NCBI RefSeq assembly: GCF_000145295.1 | Contig: NC_014408.1 | Location: forward strand, 720,001 to 752,000 | DNA length: 32,000 nt | Source of the DNA: Methanothermobacter marburgensis str. Marburg | GTDB taxonomy: Archaea > Methanobacteriota > Methanobacteria > Methanobacteriales > Methanothermobacteraceae | Reading direction: 5' to 3' | Shown here: positions 17,616 through 27,137 of the stretch, piece by piece | How the letters are laid out: every line of letters starts with the position of its first letter | Numbering within the stretch: position 1 is the first letter of the stretch | Notes under the pieces: model-generated | Database searches by the model: none | Seen by the model: the letters and a program-made list of their open reading frames with translations, nothing else | What the model was told of the DNA's origin: nothing | Translations under genes and position numbers: made by a program

Positions 17616-19220
17616 TTGGTTCATCTGGCCAAGTACATTGTTGTAACAGGAGGAGTTGTAAGTTCCATAGGCAAGGGGATAACAGCAGCATCAATTGGAA
17701 GGATACTGAGATCATACGGGCTTTCCGTGACAGCCATCAAGATAGACCCCTATCTCAACTGGGACTCGGGGACCCTCAACCCCTACCAGCACGGTGAGGT
17801 CTTTGTTACCGATGATGGTATGGAGACTGACCTTGACCTGGGCCACTACGAGCGCTTCCTGGACTCAGACCTTCCCGGTGAGGCCAACATAACCACCGGT
17901 AAGGTTTACCTGTCTGTCATCAACAAGGAGAGGTCCGGCGACTACCTGGGCTCATGTGTGCAGATAATACCCCACATCACCGATGAGATCAAATCCATGA
18001 TAAGGGGGATTGCAGATAAAAGCGGGGCCGAAGTCGTCCTGGTTGAGGTGGGCGGAACCGTGGGTGACATAGAGGGACAGCCGTTCCTGGAGGCTCTGAG
18101 GCAGTTGAGGAATGAGGAGGGCCATGAGAATGTCATGTTCGTCCATGTAACCTATGTACCATATCTACGGGCTGCAGGGGAATTCAAGACAAAGCCAACA
18201 CAGCACAGCACAAAGGAGCTCAGGAGTACGGGTATAAACCCCGATATGATAATCTGCCGCAGTGAGATGCCCATAGACTCATCACTCAAAAAGAAGATAG
18301 CCCACTTCTGTGACGTTGAGGAGGAGGCGGTCGTAAACGCCCCAGACGCATCATCCATATATGAGGTCCCCCTGGTCCTTGACAGTGAAAATGTCGGTGA
18401 ATACATAGTGAAGAGGATAGAACTGGATGTTGAGGGAGGGGCGGATCTTAAGGAGTGGAGAAAAATCGTGGAATCCCTCATGATAGATGAGCCGGTGGTG
18501 ACAGTTGGAATAGTGGGCAAGTACGTGGAACTTGAGGACTCCTACATAAGTATAAGGGAGGCCCTCAGGCACGCCGCAGCCCACCTGGGAATCCGCGTTG
18601 AAATTGAATGGATAAGTGCCGATGATAACTTCAGTGTGGATGAACTCAGACACCTTGACTCCATACTGATCCCGGGCGGCTTCGGTGAGAGGGGTATCTC
18701 AGGAAAACTCGATGCTGTGAGATTCGCCCTTCAGGAGAAGATTCCCATCTTCGGCATATGCCTGGGGATGCAGTGCATGGTGATAGAGTTTGCAAGGCTC
18801 AATGGAATGGAGGGCGCCAACAGTACAGAGTTCAACCAGGACACACCCTACCCTGTGATTGACATGATGGAGGAGCAGAAGAGGATAAGGAAGATGGGTG
18901 GAACCATGCGGCTCGGCTCCTATGAGTGCAGGGTCAGGGAGGGCACCCTCGCCCATGAGGCCTACGGGGAGGAACTTGTAACTGAGAGGCACAGGCACAG
19001 GTTTGAGCTGAACAATGAATTCAGGGATGAACTTGAGGATAAGGGCCTTGTGATTTCAGGGACATCACCCGACGAGTTTCTGGTGGAGATTGTTGAAATC
19101 AGGGATCACCCATGGTTCCTGGGATGCCAGTTCCACCCTGAGTTCAAATCAAGACCAAACAGGGCGCACCCACTTTTCGTATCATTCCTGAAGGCGGCAT
19201 TTGAAAACAGGGAATCCTGA
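17616..19220 (+). CDS. pyrG: CTP synthase
   Basis: [17 protein letters not shown]-terminus, GATase active site GICLGMQ, and the C-terminal HPEF motif. The start codon is uncertain: TTG 17616 directly abuts AGGAG (17611-17615), and the only other candidate, CTG 17625, would have normal 9-nt spacing. Confidence 0.9.
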   Translation: MVHLAKYIVVTGGVVSSIGKGITAASIGRILRSYGLSVTAIKIDPYLNWDSGTLNPYQHGEVFVTDDGMETDLDLGHYERFLDSDLPGEANITTGKVYLSVINKERSGDYLGSCVQIIPHITDEIKSMIRGIADKSGAEVVLVEVGGTVGDIEGQPFLEALRQLRNEEGHENVMFVHVTYVPYLRAAGEFKTKPTQHSTKELRSTGINPDMIICRSEMPIDSSLKKKIAHFCDVEEEAVVNAPDASSIYEVPLVLDSENVGEYIVKRIELDVEGGADLKEWRKIVESLMIDEPVVTVGIVGKYVELEDSYISIREALRHAAAHLGIRVEIEWISADDNFSVDELRHLDSILIPGGFGERGISGKLDAVRFALQEKIPIFGICLGMQCMVIEFARLNGMEGANSTEFNQDTPYPVIDMMEEQKRIRKMGGTMRLGSYECRVREGTLAHEAYGEELVTERHRHRFELNNEFRDELEDKGLVISGTSPDEFLVEIVEIRDHPWFLGCQFHPEFKSRPNRAHPLFVSFLKAAFENRES

Positions 19221-19230
19221 TTCCTTTAAC

Positions 19231-19482
19231 CTATTTTTCAAATTTCCCTATAACAGGCTCCCATACCGTGACATCCCCGCTCCTCATAACAGCCCTGAAT
19301 ACACCACCACCATCACCCAGAATCACAAGTCTCACAAACATTGACCTCTCATACTCCCTCTGGAGTACCACGGTCCGGTTTCTCTGAAGGAGTGCGAATG
19401 CAACGATATCTGAATCGGGGTCACCCTCAATAATCCTTGGGGTTCCATTCACCAGGTAAAGCCTCGAAACATTCACACCCAT
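19231..19482 (-). CDS. Hypothetical small protein (83 aa)
   Basis: Clean ORF convergent with pyrG, with coding-like composition. I recognise no motif. Confidence 0.4.
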   Translation of the reverse strand: MGVNVSRLYLVNGTPRIIEGDPDSDIVAFALLQRNRTVVLQREYERSMFVRLVILGDGGGVFRAVMRSGDVTVWEPVIGKFEK

Positions 19483-19991
19483 TGAATTTCACACATCCAC
19501 AACATATAAAAGGTCGTCGCTACTTCTTAGTGGTTCAAGTGAGGTGATGGTACCTGTGGAGTAGAGTGTCTCTGTTCCTGTGAAGTTCCAGCTTCCATAC
19601 TAGAGTATTCAGTAACCCTGTCTTTGAGGCGATCGTGGGTTACAAGGACATAATCCGGTTAGTATGGATTCAACCTTTTGCAGTGCCATCATGGAAGCCA
19701 TGCCTCTCAATGAGGTAATTAGCACGTTCACCCCTTTCAACACCCAGAACGTCCCCAAGGATAATATTACAAGCATGATAACAGATGTTCTTCTATCAAG
19801 TTTTCTAAGATTACTGGTTGATTTTTTGTCCTGACGCAATCTCTCCGTATCCACTGTTGGTTTGTAACCTCTGCATACAATCTGAGATCTCTTCACAAAA
19901 ACTTAAATATCCTCACTCTGAGAATTAATTAAAAACGAGTCCTGAAATATGAGATTCTCTTAACGATGTTTACCATTAGAGGAGTGATTTT

Positions 19992-21140
19992 ATGGTCATG
20001 GAACTGATCTCTGTTTTCATAGCGCTTATCGTTTGTTTCTATGCCTCATACAGTGATATAAAGAGGGGTTTAATACCCAACCGCCTCACGTTTCCTGTTA
20101 TTGGTCTTGGTCTTGCCTTTAACGCCCTGAGGGCCTACACCGAGGCAGACCCCTGGATATTCATATACACCGTCATCTTCACGGCGGGCATATTTGCCCT
20201 TGGCTACATCCTCTGGAGGATGGGTGCCTGGGCCGGTGGTGACGTCAAGCTATTCACGGCCATCACGGCTCTTCTACCCTTCCAGCCATCAATTGTGGAT
20301 TACACCATTGGAGGGGTGGCTTTTCCTGTAACAGCAACTTATCCGTTCCCTTTAACACTTATAATAAACAGCATACTGTCCCTATTACCATTTCTCCTGG
20401 TATACGTCTTCTTCATAATCTACACATCAAGGAGGGACCTCATGGATGAATTCATGGAGCCCCTCAAACAGTATAGGACAAACATGCTCCTTGCCCTTGT
20501 GATCACATCGGCGGTGACGCTCACTTTCATCATAACAGACTTTCTACCCTTCCAGATAATAGTGCTCTCACTCATACTGATATACCTCCTCACCATGGTC
20601 ATATCACGCCTCCCCAACAGGGTGAAGGCTGTGATTGTATCTGTTATAATCGTCTACTCCCTCTACAGGAACTTTGAGTTAACCGTGAGTGGCGTTGTTG
20701 TGCTCTGGGTCTCAATAACAGCCATACAGCTCATAAGAAAACTTTTGACATCAATCACAAGGGAGGCCCTGCAGGATACCATGCACGTGGATGAACTGAG
20801 GGAGGGCATGATACTCGCCCACACACTCTACAGAAAGGGTGATGAATACTACTTTGATGACACCTCATTCACCGACAGATTCAGGACCGCTGCAAGGACA
20901 GGGGATGTCTCCACACTGACCTACAGGGGCGAACCTGTAATTTCGGCAATGGCCGCCGGCCTGGGGGATGAGGAGATCCAGACACTCAGGGACCTTGTGG
21001 ATAGCGGAAAGATCCGAGACGAGTTCCGCATAAGGAGGGGCCTGCCATTTGCCCCCGCAATACTCATCGGGCTTGTGATCTCACTCCTTGTGGGTGACCT
21101 TGCGGTGATACTCTTCAGGGCATTTGACCTGGTATTTTAG
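19992..21140 (+). CDS. Archaeal A24-family prepilin/preflagellin-type aspartic peptidase (EppA/FlaK/PibD-like)
   Basis: 382-aa polytopic membrane protein. The first catalytic Asp is in YSDIKRGLIPN and the second in GAWAGGDVKLF (GxGD-type). The C-terminal conserved GLPFAPAILIG is present. A soluble insert of about 110 aa lies before the last helix. RBS GAGGAGTG is upstream of ATG 19992. Confidence 0.8.
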   Translation: MVMELISVFIALIVCFYASYSDIKRGLIPNRLTFPVIGLGLAFNALRAYTEADPWIFIYTVIFTAGIFALGYILWRMGAWAGGDVKLFTAITALLPFQPSIVDYTIGGVAFPVTATYPFPLTLIINSILSLLPFLLVYVFFIIYTSRRDLMDEFMEPLKQYRTNMLLALVITSAVTLTFIITDFLPFQIIVLSLILIYLLTMVISRLPNRVKAVIVSVIIVYSLYRNFELTVSGVVVLWVSITAIQLIRKLLTSITREALQDTMHVDELREGMILAHTLYRKGDEYYFDDTSFTDRFRTAARTGDVSTLTYRGEPVISAMAAGLGDEEIQTLRDLVDSGKIRDEFRIRRGLPFAPAILIGLVISLLVGDLAVILFRAFDLVF

Positions 21141-21162
21141 CCAAGTATTTAAGAGTGCCTCC

Positions 21163-21186
21163 ACATAAATATCAGCTGAGATATTA
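21163..21186 (+). promoter_or_regulatory. TATA-like cataaata followed by the 14-mer CAGCTGAGATATTA, upstream of the first pilin gene
   Basis: An identical 14-mer recurs at 28046-28059, again just downstream of a TATA-like catattta. See finding. Confidence 0.35.
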
Positions 21187-21205
21187 AATGTTGAAGGTGA
21201 TCCGC

Positions 21206-21637
21206 ATGGATAGCAGGGGACAGGTTTCCCTGGAATATCTCCTACTCATACTCGTGGTCCTCCTTGTGCTGGGTGGCGTGACCATACCCCTCATAGGGAG
21301 CTCAATAGAGGCGAGTACTGATGTATCCAGGGCATCGGATGCCAAGGTGGCTGTTCAGACACTCTCAGATGCAGCAGATATAGTCTATTCCAATGGGCCA
21401 GGGGCAAAGAGAACCGTGAGTTTCTACATCCCCGTTGATGGCACACTCATCTTTGCCAATAACAGCGTGATATTCACAGTTACCTACAGTAACGGTACAA
21501 AGTCAAATATAACAGCCCCCACACAGTACAGCCTCACATCACAGTCAGTGAATGTTCAGAGGGGTTGGTACCGCGCAGTGGTTCAGTGGCCACTTAACTC
21601 CACCACCGTACTCATAACAAATGTAACAAGGACCTAG
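21206..21637 (+). CDS. Class III signal-peptide pilin-like protein (RGQ-type, QxSxExxxL motif)
   Basis: MDSRG|QVSLEYLLLILVVLLVLGGV: a short basic leader, Gly at -1, Gln at +1, Glu at +5, then a hydrophobic helix. Five N-x-S/T sequons in the mature part. ATG 21206 is preferred (AGGTGA 5 nt upstream) over 21188. Confidence 0.75.
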   Translation: MDSRGQVSLEYLLLILVVLLVLGGVTIPLIGSSIEASTDVSRASDAKVAVQTLSDAADIVYSNGPGAKRTVSFYIPVDGTLIFANNSVIFTVTYSNGTKSNITAPTQYSLTSQSVNVQRGWYRAVVQWPLNSTTVLITNVTRT

Positions 21638-21647
21638 GAGGGGTTTA

Positions 21648-22544
21648 ATGAGTTTCTTCTCAAGACTCGGCAGTGCAGTGATAACCCTATTCACACTCAT
21701 TGGAACGGCAATCTTTGGAATCATAAGGCTTCCGGCTAGGATAAGGAGCATAACATCTGATCTCCGGAAGGGAATCTCAGAGGTTGATGTTGACGATGTG
21801 AGAAGAAGGGTCAGGGAAAGGGCTGAGTCAATAGGGGAGCGTATCCCAACCCAGCAGGATGAGGAGGTTCAGGAAATCCTTGAGGAGGCGAGGAACCATG
21901 ACATCAAGTTACCTGAGGACGACGCCCCAATAATCATCAAGGCAGGGCACTTTGACTCAGCAGAGAAGGAAAACGCGGTCCTTAAACTTCAGTTAACAGC
22001 CTCCGGATTCATCGTGCTCTCGATAATATACGTCTTCAATTTCATATCGCTCATTGTATTCATGCCGGCGGCACTTATACTCCTCGGACTCCTCCTGTAC
22101 ATACTCTACCGCCAGATAAGGGTCATGTACCCCGGGGACTTTGAGGCCTACAGGGACTTTTTCCTGATGTACGTGGCTGTTGGGGTCGTTATAATCTTGG
22201 TATCAGGTAATTCTGCCCTCACAATGGCCTTCCCATTTGTATTTTTCCCGGCGCTCACAACACTCCTCTTTGCTGTGCTGGCTGTGGCTGTGGTTTTTCT
22301 GATATTCAGAATAAGATATGTGCGGGACTACACCTTTGGTGAGGTTATAGAGACAGGTGAAAACACGTCCTATGTCAGGGTTGACTATGATATAAGGAGC
22401 AACGTTAAACCAGACGTCTACATCGTTGAGAATGGGGGCTTTGATGTGAAGGTTGGGGATACAGTGAAGCTTGCAGTTGAGGGGTCCGTCATGAGCATGA
22501 GGGGTAACAGGCCTGTTAGAATAACCGGTGTGGAAGGGACGTAA
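21648..22544 (+). CDS. Polytopic membrane protein of unknown function with a charged loop and a C-terminal beta-rich soluble domain
   Basis: 298 aa. One N-terminal helix, a highly charged ~90-aa segment, about 4 further hydrophobic helices, then YTFGEVIETGENTSYVRVDYDI...VKVGDTVKLAVEGS. RBS GGAGGGG; it starts 11 nt after the pilin stop. Confidence 0.6.
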   Translation: MSFFSRLGSAVITLFTLIGTAIFGIIRLPARIRSITSDLRKGISEVDVDDVRRRVRERAESIGERIPTQQDEEVQEILEEARNHDIKLPEDDAPIIIKAGHFDSAEKENAVLKLQLTASGFIVLSIIYVFNFISLIVFMPAALILLGLLLYILYRQIRVMYPGDFEAYRDFFLMYVAVGVVIILVSGNSALTMAFPFVFFPALTTLLFAVLAVAVVFLIFRIRYVRDYTFGEVIETGENTSYVRVDYDIRSNVKPDVYIVENGGFDVKVGDTVKLAVEGSVMSMRGNRPVRITGVEGT

Positions 22545-22618
22545 TCGAATAATAAATAAAAATTAATTTTTTCTAGACATGTACCTGGATGTAACTGGGA
22601 AAAGTGGGGAATAGTTTT

Positions 22619-23002
22619 CTAGACCTGTACAGTGTAGGTCCTATCCCCCAGCCTGACGGTGGTGCTGTTAACCGGCTTTACCCCATTGAGACCTAAGAGG
22701 GACTCAACGGTCCTGTTTATCACAAATGCCCTGTAATTTGAGGGAATGGGCGTGTCAAAGTACACAGTTATAGTTCTGTTGCTTCCACCTGTTATGCTTG
22801 TCTTCGTGACCTTTACTGGCTTCATGGATATATTGGTGTATGCAATCTCAGCGACCGCAGATGAGGCACCCTCCCTTGCAGCGGCGGCTATACTGTTCTC
22901 CTGGGACTGGGGACCTGCAATTGACGAGAATACAAGCACGATTATCACTATGAATGAAACGATCAAGAGAAATTCTGCTGAGATCTGACCCCTGAAGTCC
23001 AT
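22619..23002 (-). CDS. Class III signal-peptide pilin-like protein (RGQ-type)
   Basis: MDFRG|QISAEFLLIVSFIVIIVLVF. GGAGG lies 9 nt upstream on the minus strand. Four N-x-S/T sequons. Confidence 0.75.
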   Translation of the reverse strand: MDFRGQISAEFLLIVSFIVIIVLVFSSIAGPQSQENSIAAAAREGASSAVAEIAYTNISMKPVKVTKTSITGGSNRTITVYFDTPIPSNYRAFVINRTVESLLGLNGVKPVNSTTVRLGDRTYTVQV

Positions 23003-23091
23003 CTATATCATCCTCCTACTCATATATGAATGATCAAGTATATATAACATTCCTGGCATAAATAATCACATATAAAGAGAAGGGGATAAAA
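23003..23091. promoter_or_regulatory. AT-rich divergent intergenic region with several TATA-like elements (ttatatatac, cataaata, acatataaag)
   Basis: An 89-bp gap between divergently oriented pilin-like genes. TATA-like strings are visible, but no transcription start can be assigned from sequence. Confidence 0.35.
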
Positions 23092-23976
23092 TTGAGGGGT
23101 ATACTGTCTGATAAGAGGGGTTTTGCATTTTCACTTGACATACTTCTGGCTCTCATACCATTAACCATCATGCTGGGCATACTTGCCGCTGATATGGACA
23201 ACATAATGTATTTAACACAGAGCACAATCTATCAGAGCGCCCTTGACCGCCAGGCATCTGACATAGCAGACGCCCTCGTTGAAACCTCTGGTGTCCCCCC
23301 AGACTGGGAGCAGCTCGGAAACCCCCAGAGCATAGGACTTGCAAGGTATGACCCTGTGAGAAACATGCCCCAGAAGAACTACCTCTCCCCGGCAAAGATC
23401 GCGGGGATTAACACAACCAACATGGGGGAACTTGTGGGTCCGGAGTATGGTTACTATATAAACATAAGCACCACCGAGGGTCTCACTGTCAGAACCCTTG
23501 GAACCCTTAACACAAGTGCCCCTGACATTGCAAGGGTTGAACGTTACGTCCTCACCACCAAGGTTGAGCGTGTGGGTTCAATAGAGGGCCTCATAAGGGA
23601 TGCTGGGCAGCCAAGGACATACACAACCAACTTCCCAACCAATGAAGCATATCTTAGAATCTACGACTACTGGGTTCTTGTAATCAACAGGGGATACGAT
23701 TCAGCATTCGTGGATGTTAACAACAACCGTGTTGTGCCCCCAAACGAGATAAACAGGCACATCACAGAGATCAAGAAACAGATAAATGAGACCTACCTCT
23801 ACAATAACACAACATTCAGGGATAACATACTGAGTGTCAGAACCCAGAGTAACCCCGGGGCATCAATGGATGTCTACATCCTTGCAGCGCCCAAAGGCAC
23901 CCCCCCAGATCAGATAACACTTGATAACGTGAGGTTAAGGCCAGCCAGATTTGTCCTGTACCTCTGGCTAAAATGA
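23092..23976 (+). CDS. Pilin-like protein with a class III-type N-terminus (KRG|FAFSLDILLALIPL)
   Basis: 294 aa, TTG start. A basic leader ending in RG is followed by a hydrophobic helix with Asp at +6. About 6 N-x-S/T sequons. It is the first gene of a tightly packed five-gene run. Confidence 0.6.
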   Translation: MRGILSDKRGFAFSLDILLALIPLTIMLGILAADMDNIMYLTQSTIYQSALDRQASDIADALVETSGVPPDWEQLGNPQSIGLARYDPVRNMPQKNYLSPAKIAGINTTNMGELVGPEYGYYINISTTEGLTVRTLGTLNTSAPDIARVERYVLTTKVERVGSIEGLIRDAGQPRTYTTNFPTNEAYLRIYDYWVLVINRGYDSAFVDVNNNRVVPPNEINRHITEIKKQINETYLYNNTTFRDNILSVRTQSNPGASMDVYILAAPKGTPPDQITLDNVRLRPARFVLYLWLK

Positions 23977-24003
23977 TAATTTACCTGATGCAGGTGATCA
24001 GTT

Positions 24004-26076
24004 ATGATCCGTGATTTTGGCGATGATGAGGGAGGATTCATATTCACAACCGATGCCGTCCTGGCCCTGGTTGTTGTATTCATATTCACAGCATCAATTG
24101 TGACATACTTTGCGCTTCCAAATTATATGGGGTCTGACCATCAGCACCTTGAGGCCCTGGCAGCGGACGCCCTGGATGTCATGAGACAGGACGGGACACT
24201 CTACTCTGCAGCCGCCATGTACTCCAGGAACAACACGGCAGGCGCAGAGAACCTGATAAGCTCTGAGCTGAGATCGCTGCTACCACCCGGAGTTGGTTAT
24301 GAGTTCAAAATGGGCCCGTACCCGACCCTCAGGAATGACAGCGGGATACTCGTATCAAGGGATACCGCATCCAGGGCCATTGTGATTTCAGGTCCTGAGG
24401 AGGGCTGGCTTGGACGTGCATGGTACAAGATGGAGGAGGTCACACTGGAGGACCAGGAAATAAACTCCACAACAACCGTGTGGAACTTCCATAACTGGCT
24501 CTCCAATTTCTGGAACAGTCTTTATTCAAGACCATACTGGGGGTACCAGACAGCACCCCGGAACATTACCTTCTCGGTCCCATCAAGTAACATCCACTGG
24601 GGTAAATTCCTCCTTGGCTCATGTAACCGGCGGAACAAGGCATCATACGGGGCCAACGTGGTGATAAACAACGTCCCCCATATTGTCAGAAACGATAGTT
24701 TCACCTTCCTTAACCTCAGACCCGGAACAACAAGGGAACTCATGTACAATTATCAGGGGAACATAACGTCACTTGTGGGCGGCTCAAACAGGTTCTATGT
24801 CCAGTTCACCAACATGACCACAACGGGAACCCGGGATTACGATTTGCCATGGTTTTCAATAATAGCAAACTATACAAACACAATAAAGGTGCCGAAGGGT
24901 ATCATTACCCGCACATATGCCTTCAATGACGCTGCTGGTCTCGCAGTACCCAGCTTAACGAGACTGGACAAAAATGGAACCATGGGTTACGGTCGTATAT
25001 ATGACCTCAACACGGGTACGGTTACCAACCTCGACACAAGGAGGGTGATAGCATGGAACAGTATGGTGAGACAGAACCATTTATACTCCAATGGTCTGCC
25101 ATTCGTAATTGATAACGTTAATGGGGGTAGCGCAGATGGATGTGCGGTTAGCGTCACGCAGGACATCCCCATACCCCCAGGTTCAAGGATACTCGATGCC
25201 TATACAGTTGTCAACCCATATGGTGGTGTTGACAATGCCCTTGTGGAGGTATGGAATGGTACCGCCTGGAATGTGGCTTTCTGTTCGTTTGATTATGGTG
25301 GAGTAGACTACAGTTCGGTGAGTGACGGTTACGGTAACGTGCCAGGCACAATATACATCAGGGACTACCTGAGGTCCGGGCAGACCAACAAGGTCCGGGT
25401 GACAATATGGGACAACGTCCCTGGCCAGGACTACGACCTGGTGGGCCTTGTTGACTGCTACTCCACGGTCTCCTACACATCATTACCCATCCAGTGGAAC
25501 AACTACCCCTTTGCAAGCTACCAGAACTCAACCACTGTATCAGCACCTGTAAGGCAGTTTGCCATTGGAACAGATGCCAAGAAGGTCCTGCTCTTCGTGG
25601 GGGCCGGACTTGACACCAAAACCATTAAGGTTGAGGTTAAAAACTCAACCAGCGCCTGGACCCAGCTCTACAATGGCCCTGTGCCCTTCTCACTGGATAT
25701 AGGGGCCATTGATGTTGCAGGAAGTAAGATATTCACAACGGGCGGGACCCCTGGGAACTACAGTGCAAGGCCTGGAACCTATAATATACGTGTCACCATA
25801 AATTCAGGGCAGGGCTGGGAGTCAGGGGACTCCAATGCTGAGATATATTCAGGTACACGTGTTGCTGTCATATACCCGAAATTCCTTGCAAACATGTGGG
25901 CCACAGAATATGCCAACGACGCGTACACGGCCCAGGCCCTTGCAAGGCAGGAGCTCATAGAGATGCTCCAGGCATCAGGTTACAACATAGACCCATCACT
26001 TATAAGGACCGAGGCCCTCTACACGGGGGACATGCCCAATTCATTACCTGTTAGACTAACGCTGTGGAGGAGTTAG
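24004..26076 (+). CDS. Large (690 aa) pilin-like/adhesin-like surface protein with an atypical acidic leader
   Basis: N-terminus MIRDFGDDEGG|FIFTTDAVLALVVVFIFTASIV. 13 N-x-S/T sequons counted by eye. Rich in N/Y/G/T beta-type sequence with no further hydrophobic helix. AGGTGA lies 6 nt upstream of the ATG. Confidence 0.6.
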   Translation: MIRDFGDDEGGFIFTTDAVLALVVVFIFTASIVTYFALPNYMGSDHQHLEALAADALDVMRQDGTLYSAAAMYSRNNTAGAENLISSELRSLLPPGVGYEFKMGPYPTLRNDSGILVSRDTASRAIVISGPEEGWLGRAWYKMEEVTLEDQEINSTTTVWNFHNWLSNFWNSLYSRPYWGYQTAPRNITFSVPSSNIHWGKFLLGSCNRRNKASYGANVVINNVPHIVRNDSFTFLNLRPGTTRELMYNYQGNITSLVGGSNRFYVQFTNMTTTGTRDYDLPWFSIIANYTNTIKVPKGIITRTYAFNDAAGLAVPSLTRLDKNGTMGYGRIYDLNTGTVTNLDTRRVIAWNSMVRQNHLYSNGLPFVIDNVNGGSADGCAVSVTQDIPIPPGSRILDAYTVVNPYGGVDNALVEVWNGTAWNVAFCSFDYGGVDYSSVSDGYGNVPGTIYIRDYLRSGQTNKVRVTIWDNVPGQDYDLVGLVDCYSTVSYTSLPIQWNNYPFASYQNSTTVSAPVRQFAIGTDAKKVLLFVGAGLDTKTIKVEVKNSTSAWTQLYNGPVPFSLDIGAIDVAGSKIFTTGGTPGNYSARPGTYNIRVTINSGQGWESGDSNAEIYSGTRVAVIYPKFLANMWATEYANDAYTAQALARQELIEMLQASGYNIDPSLIRTEALYTGDMPNSLPVRLTLWRS

Positions 26077-26078
26077 AT

Positions 26079-27128
26079 ATGGGCATAATCCGTGACGAGG
26101 ATGGATACGCATTCACACCACTTGCAGTACTCCTCTTTATACCAGTAATTGTAATCGCCATATCCTATGGAAGCATAGCCAATGAGGCCAACATGCTGGC
26201 AGCCCTTACAATGGGTGGAGATGTCACCGTAACGGTGGTTGGCTCAATATACACGACAGTTGAGAAGGCCGCGGCGGATGCGGGTCGTAACGCGGCATAC
26301 AATGCATCAAGGAATGTTATAGATAACGCTGAGTTCTTCCCGGCCGGCACCAGCAAGGCCAACATAACAAGGAATATCGTTGATGCCATAAACGCCAACG
26401 TCATAAACACATCACAGGAGCTTGAAAGGCAGACAGGCCGCCAGATCTACATCAACAATATACCCATAACCAATTACACCAACGCAACATTCACCACATC
26501 AGACGTTACAATAACACAGAATGACCCCTTCGGGTTCTCAGTGGAGATACGCGGCGGCATACCTGTGAAGGTTGTTCAGAAGGACCAGGTATATGAGTTC
26601 CGGCTGCCACAGGTGTCATCCTATGTGAGCCTTGAGGGTATAGAGGACCCCTACATATGGATAAACACCAAGTTCCGTGCAAGTAACGTGATCTACAAGT
26701 ATCCCTACTATGCAAGTAACGGTACATATGCAGACTACAGGCTCAATGAGAGCGTTGACAGGGACGGGAGGCTTCAGAACCTCTGGTACTGCCTCAACGG
26801 GACCGACAACCCCAGTAACATAACACCAAGACCCTACTACTTTGTGGACCCGTATGGCCTTTCATTCTTTGACCGCCTTGAGAACAGGTCATCATCAGCG
26901 GACCCCCAGTACACCCGCATGAGCACCTTCATAATAGGGGACCCCCTACTTGAGGACCACAACGGCAACCAGTACATCTCAAAGGTTGACAGGGAGTACT
27001 TCCTTGGAATCCCTGGGACAACCATCAAGGTGAAGAATAATGTCGTTTATGACCCCCTTGGATATCCATTCTGCCTCTCAGCAACCTACAAAAACCTGCT
27101 GGGTCTTGCAGCAAACAATTACAGTTAG
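26079..27128 (+). CDS. Pilin-like surface protein with an atypical acidic leader
   Basis: MGIIRDEDG|YAFTPLAVLLFIPVIVIAIS. About 10 N-x-S/T sequons. ATG 26079 is preferred (GGAGGAG 6 nt upstream, 2 nt after the upstream stop) over GTG 26064. Confidence 0.6.
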   Translation: MGIIRDEDGYAFTPLAVLLFIPVIVIAISYGSIANEANMLAALTMGGDVTVTVVGSIYTTVEKAAADAGRNAAYNASRNVIDNAEFFPAGTSKANITRNIVDAINANVINTSQELERQTGRQIYINNIPITNYTNATFTTSDVTITQNDPFGFSVEIRGGIPVKVVQKDQVYEFRLPQVSSYVSLEGIEDPYIWINTKFRASNVIYKYPYYASNGTYADYRLNESVDRDGRLQNLWYCLNGTDNPSNITPRPYYFVDPYGLSFFDRLENRSSSADPQYTRMSTFIIGDPLLEDHNGNQYISKVDREYFLGIPGTTIKVKNNVVYDPLGYPFCLSATYKNLLGLAANNYS

Positions 27129-27137
27129 GGTGATTCA

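Noticed and set aside
19609-19896. 95-aa minus-strand ORF with one hydrophobic segment
   Set aside because: I found no ribosome-binding site, its composition is atypical, and it is isolated. I mention it only within the finding on this gap.
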